The notes below the pieces were generated by a model that was given only the letters and a program-made list of their open reading frames with translations, did not search any database and had not been told where the DNA came from. A DNA stretch of 63,396 nt, the filler included, from Choristocarpus tenellus KU-1152 (taxonomy: Eukaryota; Protista; Phaeophyceae), in NCBI GenBank assembly GCA_964200185.2. It is 10 parts of 10 records of this genome, joined end to end, with 100 filler letters (N's around TTAATTAATTAA, not from the genome) between each part and the next. Parts side by side here need not be neighbours in the genome. Positions count along the whole stretch, not along the records: positions 19,375 to 28,705 come from CAXNAD020003772.1; positions 28,806 to 33,509 come from CAXNAD020013396.1; positions 33,610 to 40,716 come from CAXNAD020006686.1; 7 more parts are not named here. One strand, given 5' to 3'. Of this stretch, positions 26,001 to 37,534 are shown piece by piece. Numbering within the stretch: position 1 is the stretch's first letter; the number at the start of each line of letters is the position of its first letter. The translations under genes were made by a program, and so were the position numbers.

Positions 26001-28705
26001 GGTCGTTGTCCACACTCTCTGAACTAGCAGAAGGTGCCCAAAGCTCAGTGGGAACAGGTGCAGTTCCTCCTGCAGAGGCGCCTCCTTGTTGGCTACTGTA
26101 CCCATTTGTCATCTATCACAGAAAGGGTAACAGCCAGCCCGAAATATTGCAATATCAGGACTTGATGTCTTGTGGTTTTCCATCCACAACTAACCAAGTT
26201 ACTGCTCTTTGGAGTTATTGCCAAAGCTAGCTAGATATTAATGCGAAAGATATCCAAGGGATTAAGTTGTAACACCTATTATAGATCTGACTCCTGCACA
26301 AAGGCATTAAATGGTGAATATAGCTGTAGCGACTCTTGAAGGCCATGACTAATTCCCAAGTTTAAGCACCAGGACCTTGCATGCAGTATGTCCTCACTGC
26401 ATAGACAGCACAATGGGAGTCACTACATACCTGACCCTGCCCAAGATTGGTCGGCAACATCCCAACAGCAACTGAAGCCAGATAGCTGTTAGATATAGGG
26501 TGACTCCCAGAGCTTGGTATTGGGGATGCTGCCATAGACCCATCCTCACTCCCAAAGATACCTTTACCCTGATTGTACATGGTTAAAGTGTACATACCAC
26601 AAAATGTTGCCAACAAGTACGAGGAGGTACGTGGCATGATTCAAGAGGAAAAAGACTTGATTTTTTAAATTCTCCTAATAGGCATTGGAGGAAGAGTAGG
26701 TGTGTGATTCATCACGAAATAATAATGGGAGTGAACAACCTGTACACAATGTAAAGCCAAGAGATAAAACTGGCGTGGAACGTGCTTACCATTCACAGGC
26801 CTCACAAAAAAATAAGAGATGGGGGGTAAATCCCAAGCGCATCCTTGGTTCGATACATCCAAACCACACCTCACCTGCCCCAGAAGAATGCTGTTAGAGC
26901 TGCCTGTACGTCCCAGTTGCCTCCGCCGCGCCTCGGCCGTAAGGTTCTTTATGGCTACACTAATCCCCTCCAGCTCTTCATCAGGCAGGCTCAGTTCCCA
27001 GATCATTTCTGTCGCCACCTGCCAAAAAGGAAGGATGGAGAGCTCTTAGAGGTTAGACAATGCACCTCTGTAATTCATACTGAGGGTCTGCAATTTGCAC
27101 AATTATCATCACAGTACGCAAGAACGTTCCACACCTGTTCTGGGAAATCGTGATCGAGGTTGAAGTCAAACTCCACCTCCTGAAGTCGTCCCTCAACATA
27201 TGTGTGCATCACCAAACGCATGATCTCCTGCTCTGGGCCCTGCAGATTTGCAATCTTGATTTCTGTCTGCATCCCTGGAAGCCCTGCCTGCTCTCGGTCC
27301 AAATGCCTTGCCATAGCTAGTCCTATGCCCCCCACATCAAGCCCTGTAGCATTCCTGAAGTCTGACAGGTGCGAACTGCGCCCAAACCGCGTCTGGTCCC
27401 TGTCAGACCCCCCAATACGGATATCAACGATGCCCTCTGGCTCCACTGCACCTGGACAGCTCTTGAAGCCTGTAGACAGTGAATCTTGGTCCCGTACTGA
27501 CTGTTCATCAACAGGAGGTGAAAGGGACCGTGCACGACCAAAGCCTACAGGGTCTATCACATCAGATGGTATTTCAAAATCCTTGGTGGTGGAAGGAGAC
27601 TGGGCAGGGGGACGGGGTGCTCGACGATATGGTGCAGTAGGAAGACGACTGCCCTGGTTGACACCCTGCTCAACCGTAACTGGAGGAGACCCAGTCCCAC
27701 CACCGCGCGTTTGGACATTGTTAAGCCCGGCTGCCACAGTTGCTGTCACTACACCAGAGGTACTCGGTGATGTGCTTTGGGGAGAATAGTTTGGAACCGA
27801 ATCTAAAACTGAAGTTGAAGAGGCTGCTCTAGACATCCGCTGAGGTTCATCCTCAGTAACCAAGGCTGAGGTCCTGGGCATATCATCCCCTCTGGGAGCC
27901 TGTGAGCTTTCGCTAGCTGCCCCCATTTGTACCTCGTCTACTGCATGAACTGCTTCAGTGTAGCTTGTGTGTGTCGCCTGGGAGTATATGTTATCATTAT
28001 CCTCACCATTTGCCCTTGCAGCAGCTTTGTCCTCATCATCTGTGTCTTCAGCCCGCTGAACACGCCCATCGGGGAGATTTAGGACTCGCATACCCCTCTC
28101 ATCTTCAGGCATGTCTTGAAGCATGGTCTCATGGTAAGTATCATACTCCCTCCCAATATCCTCCGGATACTCGTACGGACCACGTGGGATCTCCCGTGGA
28201 GTTTGCATTTGCCCATAGCCCTGCCCAGGGTCTACTCCTCCGTCCCCCAGCCCTGACCCAGAGTTACTTGAATATTCCCCCACACTGTCACCTTTTGCCT
28301 CTGCGAATTGGTCAAGGCTCTCAGCCCTAGCTAATACTTCCTCACCTCCAACATCACTCTCTGCACTGCCTGAGATATCATGAGCATAAACAGGTACTGT
28401 AGGGGCCATGCCACTGGGTGCCTCTGGCGCGACCATTCCCGGTGGCATCATGTCATCTACCTCGCCCGTGCTCCCCCCTCCCACTACCGCAATTGGTGCA
28501 ACCGGCAAGGGTGAGGAGGGGCTGCCTCCTTGAACAGGCATAGTTGGTGGAGGGGGACCAGTGGCTGCCTCATCTATAGTATCCAGCCCTGGCACACCCC
28601 GTTGAGCAGGGTGAAGCACTCCAGGGAGTACTGGGTTGCTAGAAGTGGGCTTTTGCAAGCCCACTACATCACTCCCCTCCAATGTTTCAGTGCTTACTGC
28701 GAGCA
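23010..28705 (-). CDS. C-terminal region of a probable WNK-family kinase (disordered linker, CCT/PF2-like domain, coiled coil); kinase domain not in the contig
   Basis: Large exon 27135-28705 spliced to 26875-27018 gives MRLVMHTYVEGRLQEVEFDFNLDHDFPEQVATEMIWEL, matching the WNK/OSR1 C-terminal pattern (F.F....D....VA.EM..EL). Further exons at 26431-26568, 25977-26112, 25636-25742, ~25333-25419, ~24955-25084 and on to the TAA at 23010. Confidence 0.75.
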
Positions 28706-28939
28706 NNNNNNNNNNNNNNNNNNNNNNNNNNNNNNNNNNNNNNNNNNNNTTAATTAATTAANNNNNNNNNNNNNNNNNNNNNNNNNNNNNNNNNNNNNNN
28801 NNNNNAAAAAAAAAACAAAAAAAAAAAATTAGGCGGAGGGGGGGGGGGTGTGGTGTGGGTGGGGCGTGGTGGGGGGGGGGGGGGGGGGGGGGGGTACATG
28901 ATCCCTCTCTCTAAACGCACGAAAAAAAATCGATTCAGC

Positions 28940-29160
28940 AGTGTTAGGGTTAGGGTTAGGGTTGGGTTACGGCTAGGGCTAGACCCAAGGCATTTGAGAG
29001 GGTTAGATAGGGTTAGGGCCGTGTCTGTTCGGGGTCCTAACCCTAACCCTGTAACCCTAAGTTGCGATTTTGATTTATTTTTTGGCAATCTATCCTTGTT
29101 AGGGTTAGGCCCTAATGCCCACCCTATAACCCTAACCCTAACGCTAACGCTAACCTTAAC
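28940..29160. repeat. Degenerate interstitial telomere-like (TTAGGG)n/(CCCTAA)n blocks in alternating orientation
   Basis: gttagggttagggttaggg ... cctaaccctaaccct ... gttagggttagg ... taaccctaaccctaa. Short tracts also at ~37965, ~46177-46204 and ~55432-55450. Confidence 0.85.
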
Positions 29161-29164
29161 TCAC

Positions 29165-29341
29165 GCTGTAGCCCAGGAGGGAGTCAACGAACAGCTCCGG
29201 CTCAAAGTCCCTTAGGTCGTCGATGCCCTCCCCCACCCCCACCAGCTTCACAGGAACGCCGAGGTCGCTCACAATGCTCACAACAAACCCTCCCCTGGCT
29301 GTACCATCCAACTTTGTCACCACCAGACCTGATACGCCCAC
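29165..29341 (-). CDS. ftsY: Isolated exon of a plastid/bacterial-type SRP receptor FtsY (C-terminal G domain)
   Basis: VGVSGLVVTKLDGTARGGFVVSIVSDLGVPVKLVGVGEGIDDLRDFEPELFVDSLLG contains the SRP-GTPase TKLDG and G.GE...DL..F motifs. ctgtag| acceptor; probable |gtgagt donor (otherwise TAA at 29156). Confidence 0.9.
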
Positions 29342-30679
29342 CTACAGCAACCAACCCACAAAAAAGGCACACAGTGGGGGGGGGGGGGGACAGAAGCACT
29401 GTAGTAGCACATGAAGTCGTTTCAAATTTCACAAGGGCGCTGCAATAGTGTGCTGAGGCTATAGTAGGTTGCCTACTTGAAACTACAACTAAAAGGTATG
29501 ATTTGGGCATTTTCCAACTCCAGTAGAGTGAGAGAGGAACAATCCAGGAACAATCCAGGAACAATCTCTCACCGATAAGGTACAAAAAAAAAACTAGTGT
29601 AGACTGCATCAAACAGAAGGGGGTACATTATTATTGTCATTATTATCATTATTATTGTCATTATTATCATTATAATAATATACGCAGGATGCATCCTGTT
29701 GGTTGTTGAATGATACAAATACTTACAACTCCTTCAAATTATTACCGTATTTTTTTTTCTGAACCTTAAAATGATTATTATTATTTTATGCGATTACTAA
29801 TGTCATAAATTCTTCAGAGCGTCATTAAATCAGTATCATTTTATTAGTACTTTTTACACACCATTTTTTTTTCTTATTTTACTTGCGAGCACCTATCTAA
29901 TACTGTTGCATCCAGAGATGACACTCGTGCTGCTCCAGTAGATAGGATAGTAGGATAGTCGGTCGAAAACAGGAGTATCTCTTTGTGGGGATGTGAGGTA
30001 CGAGAGACCTACCTACCTCGCATCCCCATCAATAAACTATCTCTTCATTTCAACACTACCTCTAGACCTTGAGCATGGAATGACAGAGGGCAAGGTGAGC
30101 TCATCTGAATTCCAAGGGGTAGTTAGCCAGTGGGGTGGGCAAGCCAATCCCGTCGAACACTAGGTCATCACACGCCATCACACGCCATCACACGCCATCA
30201 CACGCCATCACACGTTGCCTTCCACACGAGACAGTTTGAGGGGAAACCTACTTCAATCAAAGTAATGAAGCGTTGCTGCTGCTTAATTGGGCACTAACGA
30301 GAAAAGGGGAGGGTACTGAAGAAGAAAAAAAGAGAAGAATGTACCGTACTAGTTTACAGGCACACAGAGCCTAGGAAGTGGACGGGGGCATAGGTTCAAA
30401 CGCCACCGCAGACAACCAAACGTCTTCATCGCCAATACCAATACCACCACTCCGGAGCACGCCAACCGGTACAACCGTATGGCACGGCCTCCTCAAAGGG
30501 CAACGTGCACAACAATAGCCCCATCTCCAAGTCCACAGATAGGTCACACAGACAGGGCGCAAGGGATTTCATACAATTGATCAAAACAATTCCCTCTCCC
30601 TCACCAGCGCCTTCCAACCACCAACCAAAGCCCTCGTTTCGACTCCCCCTTCTGACTCGCCGCTTTTAAAAAACACGCA

Positions 30680-30885
30680 GTTATGATGTATATTAGTTGT
30701 GATGTATATTAGTTGTGATGTATATTAGTTGTGATGTATATTAGTTGTGATGTATATTAGTTGTGATGTATATTAGTTGTGATGTATATTAGCTGTGATG
30801 TATATTAGTTATGAAGTATATTAGTTATGACCTATATTAGTTATGTATACTAGTTCTGATGTATATTAGTTATGATGTATATTCC
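30680..30885. repeat. 16-bp minisatellite (gtgatgtatattagtt), about 12 copies; a 10-bp (catcacacgc) array lies at ~30166-30214
   Basis: Direct reading. Confidence 0.95.
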
Positions 30886-30950
30886 AATTATGCGAATACC
30901 TCTGCGGGAGAGGTACGCACATGCATGCAGTACAGCCGTTTTCGACTTAC

Positions 30951-32648
30951 CCGGTACAGTAAGAGAGACGCCTCACAGTCCTTGCTGATTCCAATCCCAT
31001 GCAGGTAGCGGAAGCCCAGTCCTATCATCGCCGGAGTGTATCTGTAGTGCAGGGCTGCAGTCTACGAGGTGGGGAGGGGGGGAGACGCGAGGGGTCTAGG
31101 TATCAACACAGGCTACTGTTGGGAGTCGGGGGTACAAAAAGAGGGAGATGGAAATGGAATCTCTGTGGGACCAATGGTAATCAATGCTATTCCATGGGTT
31201 TTGTGTACCCTAGAGTGCTGGTGTCTACTTAGTCGTTGCTTCGGCCGATGAGGCAAGGTGGGGGGAGGGGGGGAGGGGGGGGGGGGGCACAATATTGGAA
31301 TGGTGATGCTCTTGTGTCAAAGACCAAGAGGCGGTGACACTTGCACTGATACGTTAGGGAATGAAGAAGACATGCAAGGGTGGAAGCGACAAAGGTTTGC
31401 AAAGGATGAAAAGATGACTGCTTGGGATATCATCAGTCCGAGAGAAAGCGAAGAAGGGTAGTTGCACGAATAAAGAAGGCAACAGGGGAAGGGGATAGGG
31501 GGGAGTGGACCACTTATGTCAAGGGGACTAGAGATAGGGCACGAGAACAATCTCCTATTGCCACCCAATAAATCCATTACTGAGGGTCAACTATCATTGC
31601 GCCTTGACAGAAGGGCTGTGGTGTTGCGTGGAGAGCATAACGGATGGGACGCCTGTACTACCCTGCCCATGGCAATCGCCTAGTACTGAAATCCATGACT
31701 TCCTACATCACCACTACCGCTTCACTATAAGTTTCCAGAGATGCATAATACTTGATAGCCAATTCTGGTTCACCGCCCAATCCCTTGATGGGTCTGGTGC
31801 TTGTGTTAAGCTGCTCAGAACGAAACAACGAAATGCTAATCCCCACGAACACACCGGCACCTGCATCCCTATTCTCCACGCTTTTCCTTTCTATGGGAAG
31901 ATCATAATACCAACCAACTGAATAGTTCAGTAATAGTGGAGTGAAATTGAGGTTGAGGACAAAGTATCATAACTCCCTTCTAGAGTCCACATGAAAGGCT
32001 ATCCTACGAGTCACTGTCAAGAGAAATATTCGGTTGTCTTCCGGCGCCTGGGTGTTCATATATTATTTCTCATCTATACATTGGCACGCACTTGTTTTCA
32101 CCCATTTCGACATGAAATCGATAAAATTCCAAGGCATCATGGTACATATCCCTGAGACTGACCTCTTCAAGTTTAGCTGCGGTGGTTTCGTTCTCTTCAA
32201 GTCCGAGAAGCAGCGCGCCCCTTCCGTGCGCAAATGACATAAAATGCAGCGCAACAGGATCGGAAAGGTTTGTCGCAGTCTGGTATAGCTCGAGGGCTTT
32301 TTGGTAATCCCTCTGCACCAAACCAGGCACACCTCCCAAGTACAGCTCCGCCAGCTCTCTCATCGCAGCCCCCTTAATTTGACTCTCTTCCTTCTCGCTC
32401 GCTTCTTCCCCACCTTCATTGCTCAGGAGAGCGAGCTCCAGTAACCTAACGGCCTCAGCTTGATCTTCAACCGACGATGGGGAAGCCAGCAGGGTCACGG
32501 CTTCTGCGAAGGCCTCACTCAGGTTCACCTGTGGAGTTGCGACAGCTGTGGCATTAAGCTCACCACTGGATAACTCTACGGCCAAGGTTGAGGCCGCAAT
32601 AGGATATAAAAGAGTCACAGCCAAAAGTTCTATCAAGCCGCCTGCCAT
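30951..32648 (-). CDS. SEL1L/HRD3-like Sel1-repeat protein, first two exons
   Basis: Exon 32163-32648 has a signal peptide plus ELAELYLGG...RDYQKALELYQTA. Exon 30951-31061 is TAALHYRYTPAMIGLGFRYLHGIGISKDCEASLLLYR, matching the SEL1L LGYRY..GI.V...CE.AL.YY motif. Confidence 0.82.
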
Positions 32649-33609
32649 GGCTAGTACTTGGGTGGGGCCTGCCCAAGATTCATGTTATTTGTGGATTTCG
32701 TCGATCCTTCAATTCAAACAACAAAACTCTCCCACTACTGCTCAGGAGCGCTACCACATAGTTCCAGAGTGGTTCAAAGAAGCACCAAAATAATGGAAGA
32801 ACATAATGATATCACAAACACAGAAAGGTGTAGTATCATGACATACCACTATAAACTCCTACTCCTACTATCCCCTCCCCCATCACGAGTTCATGGATGT
32901 AGGAGAAAAGAAGACCCTCCTCCTGTGAATCGATATATTGTCATTGGATTAGATAATGCAACGAGGCAAAGATGCAAATCAGAAAGCAGTTTATGAGAGT
33001 AGCAACGGCTACTCTTCTATGGTAGCTTGTCTCAAATTGATCTCCCACAACAAACACACCCCTTCTGATTTGTACATAATACTAAGATAAGCTCATCTTA
33101 ACATCCCTGTCCTCTGTTCCTCTTACATCAATATTAGTAGGGCGCCTTAGCTGCTTCCATCTTGCAGGTATTCATTTCTACTCTTATCCTTTTCCTTCGA
33201 TCATGTATTATCTCATCCTCATACTTGTTTGTAGTAAAATATTATTATGCCCTCTCTTGGTGATGTGCTAAGGGGTGGAGAAAAATCAAGACCGAAACTG
33301 ACAACGACTACCGCTCCTGCTATAAATACAACACTTGCCGTCAATGCCAAGCACAAACCTCCCTAAATTACGAACTAATTGAAAAATAAGAAAACGACAA
33401 TGCCAATGGGTAATTTCTGTAGAGGAGGGCCACAAGCGGGTGATACGTAGGTAGAGGATCCAACTCCAAGCTACCCCATGATCGGACCCAAAGTATCTGG
33501 GAGGGGGGGNNNNNNNNNNNNNNNNNNNNNNNNNNNNNNNNNNNNNNNNNNNNTTAATTAATTAANNNNNNNNNNNNNNNNNNNNNNNNNNNNNNNNNNN
33601 NNNNNNNNN

Positions 33610-33784
33610 GGGGGGGGGGGGGGGGGGGGGGGGGGGCGGCTTTCCATTTGGGATCCATTTTTCCATGTCACGTTTTTTGGGGTTATTTGATTGCATGTGT
33701 CGTATGGATAATGTAAGTGCACTTTTCCTTGTCAGGGCCCAAATGGACACCCTGGTGTGGACCCCCCCCCAGGTACTTTGAGCC
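33610..33784 (-). mobile_element. Same MITE family, truncated by the contig start; further partial ends at 8796-8815, 15079-15150, 15251-15289, 33485-33509, ~40892-40927, 50569-50597
   Basis: Reverse-complement match to the interior and TIR of 51583-51762. Confidence 0.85.
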
Positions 33785-34329
33785 TGCTCTATAGCAAGTA
33801 CATTGTGAACAAGAAATGGCGTAGGTTTGTAAGGAACAGTGGATGAAATAGAAGCATATCCTCAAGGTGACTACCAACTAATCCAGAAATTTCCTCTATT
33901 CCCACAATCTTGAAAATCTGTAGTCGCTAGAACGGTAAGACACCACAATAAATAAAATGTCTTCCCCCGACACATCTGTAAAATGTCAGAGGGCATAGTA
34001 ATTACTCCAGAAATAAAACACTCAGCAAAAGGAAAAAATCCAAGACCTGACCTGAGAGACTCCTACCTTCACACACCAACATCCCTAATATCTCACTAGT
34101 AAATGAATCTGAAGTGTGGAAATGAAATAAGAGTTCATTGCAACGTCGCATCCCTTCCATCACCCTTACACAAGATTTTTTTAAATCAAGAAAACTTCAA
34201 CACAGGAAAAAAAAAGTGTAGAGGACCAGAAAGAGAAAAGGGGCTCAAGATTAGGTAAGCAATGAGCCGGTCAAACCGGAGAGAAACGAACAAGAGAGAT
34301 AAAGTAGAGGTAGACATCAGGCAGGGGGG

Positions 34330-34690
34330 ACTGGGTCTGAACCCTGATCTCCTTGAGCTCCCTTGTCTGCTACTGAAGGATGGCGTAGGCCTCCTGTAGT
34401 GTCTCTCTGTGGTGCGACTCACCCATGAAGTACTTGGCTCCATCAACCACGCGTGCATACCACTCATTTTGTTGATTTGAAGTCATGACCCTCCTTTCCT
34501 CAGTCGAATCCTCAAACTTCTAGAGATCGTCTTGCATGCACATCCAGCAGCGTTTCTAATGGTCATGCGGCTTCCATTTCCTACCCACTAGTTCTCCAAA
34601 CATCATCTTTGAAAGTTTCTCATCCCCCATACATGCAAGAGCCAAACCAATTGAGAAGTGGTTAGGGTTGCACTTTAGGATCCCCAGAAA
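34330..34690 (-). mobile_element. Decayed RTE-clade LINE, C-terminal ORF fragment
   Basis: Translation with stops: LACMGDEKLSKMMFGELVGRKWK...CWMCMQDDL.KF...EWYARVVDGAKYFM. This resembles the RTE tail RM.D.RLPK..MFGEL..GKR. Confidence 0.75.
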
Positions 34691-35256
34691 GGGCAAGAAG
34701 ATGTCATTTTATCCAATTGCAGAAAGAACCTAACTGACTTGTGGTGTCACCTTATGGGTGGAAAGGGTGAACATCAATTTTGCGTGCATTATAGTACGCA
34801 AAAAGCAATGAAATGGCGTATTGCACAGGGCAAGAAAGACGGTTTAGAATGCATAACAGTTCAAACCTGCCCACCTCTCAATTAGTTTGGCTCTAACCAG
34901 TGAGGGACGTAGTACAAGGGCAACAAACCCACACAATAGTTGGTACGAGATAGTGTATGGTTGGCATAACAAAGAGTTTCATGGACGAGCGTCTTGCCAA
35001 GGAAGCTGTGATAGCTGGTATATATCACGCTAATTAAAGCAGTAGCTAAGGCAGTCCAACCAGCCCGACCGAGCAGATCATGGTACATGCACACTCGCCA
35101 CTGTCACCTGAATGCTTGATACTTTTCTCATTGTTTCTTTCTTTTCTTTATTCTGGCGTTCCTCTTTCCCGACTGATATGCGATGAGTGGGACTAGTGTG
35201 AAGAATAGTTCATACAGTCTCTTTACTTTCTGTGACAGGATAAAGAGGACTGATCC

Positions 35257-35557
35257 AGGGCTTTTCACCGAACCAGGAAAATGTGTCGGGACCAGGGCAC
35301 AGCCCATTCTCGGTAAGATATGTTCTATGCGTAATAGGACCTATCCACGGTCCTGTTAAATATTTCGATCGAACCAGGCCATGGATCGCCCACAGTGATT
35401 TTTTTTATTACAGGGCTATCATGTTTGTTAGCAAGTGTCAACATCCTTGCTCCAGACACACCTTTCGTAGCCATACATTCTTCCTACTCCGAAATGTTTC
35501 GGTGTTCACACAGAAAACCGAAAAGGGCATAAAAAAAAAGTGGGAAGCCAAGCCCTG
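35257..35557. mobile_element. Possible hAT-like MITE
   Basis: Terminal inverted CAGGGCTT...AAGCCCTG about 300 bp apart, CpG-rich interior, no 8-bp TSD visible. Confidence 0.35.
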
Positions 35558-37484
35558 AACGGACAAATAGGGCAAAACTTCTATGCCTTCTTAAGTGGTT
35601 TGGGTCTCAAATAGTAAATATTTTTTGAGAGATATCTTTCCCATATTCGACAACTGTTTCTTTTACAGGGTCCTTGTGATATTGGTTTGCCTTTCCCCCT
35701 GAAACATCTTTAAAATGTCAGAGGGCGTAACAATATATTATCATGACATAACACTACATTGTAATTTGCAAGTTTTAAGAGAGTGTAGTATAGATGGTAT
35801 TAAAATAGAAAATAGATTTTAGAGAGACATCTTTCATGTTTTCGTTAACATAAAAGATACCTCTCCAAAAACTACTACTTCGAAATATTTGAATACTACC
35901 TATACAACAATACTCCCTTGAAGGTTGGAAATTACAATGTATTGTGTACGCGGTTGCTATATGCCTCTAACCTAACTTAGCCCTACCAAGGTGGGTGAGG
36001 AGCTACGGAAGCATCCCAAGAACATATATTATTATGCCCTCTGATATTTGCCATAAAATATGGAGGGCATGTGCGCATCGCACCAGGATACAGATCCGTT
36101 ACCGGGCTTGTCAAGAAATACCCACAAGGGCAGGAGATATCATAGTTAACGTATAATGTGGGAAGGCAACCCAGTCCCAAGGCAACCCAGTCCCATCAGA
36201 GACACCTCGAAGGCAACGGCAAGACGGTGCAGGGTGCGGAGGCTTGCTCAAATATTGGCAGGCGTGTCACACGGTGAGAGGGTGATGGCTCCATACACAC
36301 TAAGGACAACAGTTTAATACCTTGTGATATTGACTCAGGGGTGGGTGATTTTGGTGTCTATCACACACATCCCTGCTAGACAGGTTATATTGGTGGAATG
36401 GGAGGAGTGGATCACTAGAACTGTAGCTGTAAACGTTGTCTCTGGTGCAACGCACAGAAGGGGTTGAAACGTGTACTGTGGAGGCACCTTTCCACTTTCA
36501 AGTTGCCCTGTGGGTGTGGGATAAACTCGTGCCGTTGATTATTCCCCCCTACTATAACAGAGTCAGAGTTTGCCATTCAAGGTTGAGCGGTGAATCTCGT
36601 CAATCTCTACTGCAGCACATTTGGTTTCCCTCAGAGCATACTCACTTTCCGTGGCTCACCATTGCAGGGATGCAACGTGAGACTGGAACTATAAAGCATC
36701 ACCATGGAGGACATGGAATAGCATTAAGGTTAAGGGATTCAGAGCACTACTCCCAATCAATTGCAGATGAAAAAGGAAATCCGAGTTCTACTGGAGTACT
36801 TGGTGTCTTGGCAAGTTGGTAGGTCAGCAAACTCAATCTTGGGAAACCAAGGAGACTCTGATGCCAGCGACTATCATCTTTTTGCGGTAGTGTTGGGGCA
36901 GGGAAGATGTAGTGCAGGAGCCGATGTGGGATGAGATCTTGTCGGAGATAGAGCAGGTCAACTACCAAAACGTCTAGAGCAGGGAAGTCAAATTTGAGCT
37001 GACAAGGGAGAGAGGGTTGATGCATCGAGGAGGGCTACCATCTGTTCTCCCCTAGGCCTCTGGCGCCAGCTGACAAGTCGAGAGCAATGCCCAATGTAAA
37101 GGTCAACTACTGGTTCAAGGATGATTGTCACTTTGAGATAGTGGCACACGTGGTAAAGGTATAGTCAGGACTAGGAGGCCAGAGTACCTGGTAGGGGTTA
37201 GGGTGGGATCGGTTGGTAGCGTTTCGACTTGTATCTTCTTTTTGCGCTGGTAATGAGCATGCCATGAGTGTAGACTCTCGTTGTTTGCATTGCTGATTAT
37301 GGAGTGAACTTCATCATTGGGAGTGTCAGTGTCAGTGGAAGTAGTCAGGGCCTTGGTTATTCGGGGTGAAAAATTACTTTGCAATATTTCTTCCTCGTTC
37401 CTTCTTGTTGTAATACATTTAGACAATTATGGAACCAGTTTCGATTTTGTACGGAGTGTGACGTCACTGCAAGGAAATCAATCG

Positions 37485-37534
37485 GAGTCAAAGTATCTGG
37501 GTTTGGGGGGGGTGCCAGCGTCCGTTTTTGACCC
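37485..37534 (+). mobile_element. Micro form (~50 bp) of the CAAAGTATCT MITE family; second copy reversed at ~57402-57447
   Basis: gagtcaaagtatctgg-G-tract-tgccagcgtccgtttttgaccc. Its reverse complement matches gagtcaaaaacggacgccggca-C-tract-agatactttgaccc. Confidence 0.75.

Noticed and set aside
27202-28330. Long plus-strand ORFs (195 and 121 aa)
   Set aside because: Antisense shadows of the large WNK-like exon.
28940-29160. True chromosome end
   Set aside because: The repeats are degenerate, short, mixed in orientation and internal.
31560-31930. Possible LINE endonuclease fragment in the SEL1L intron (similar hint at ~52900-53200)
   Set aside because: Only a faint YA.xET-like resemblance, which is insufficient.
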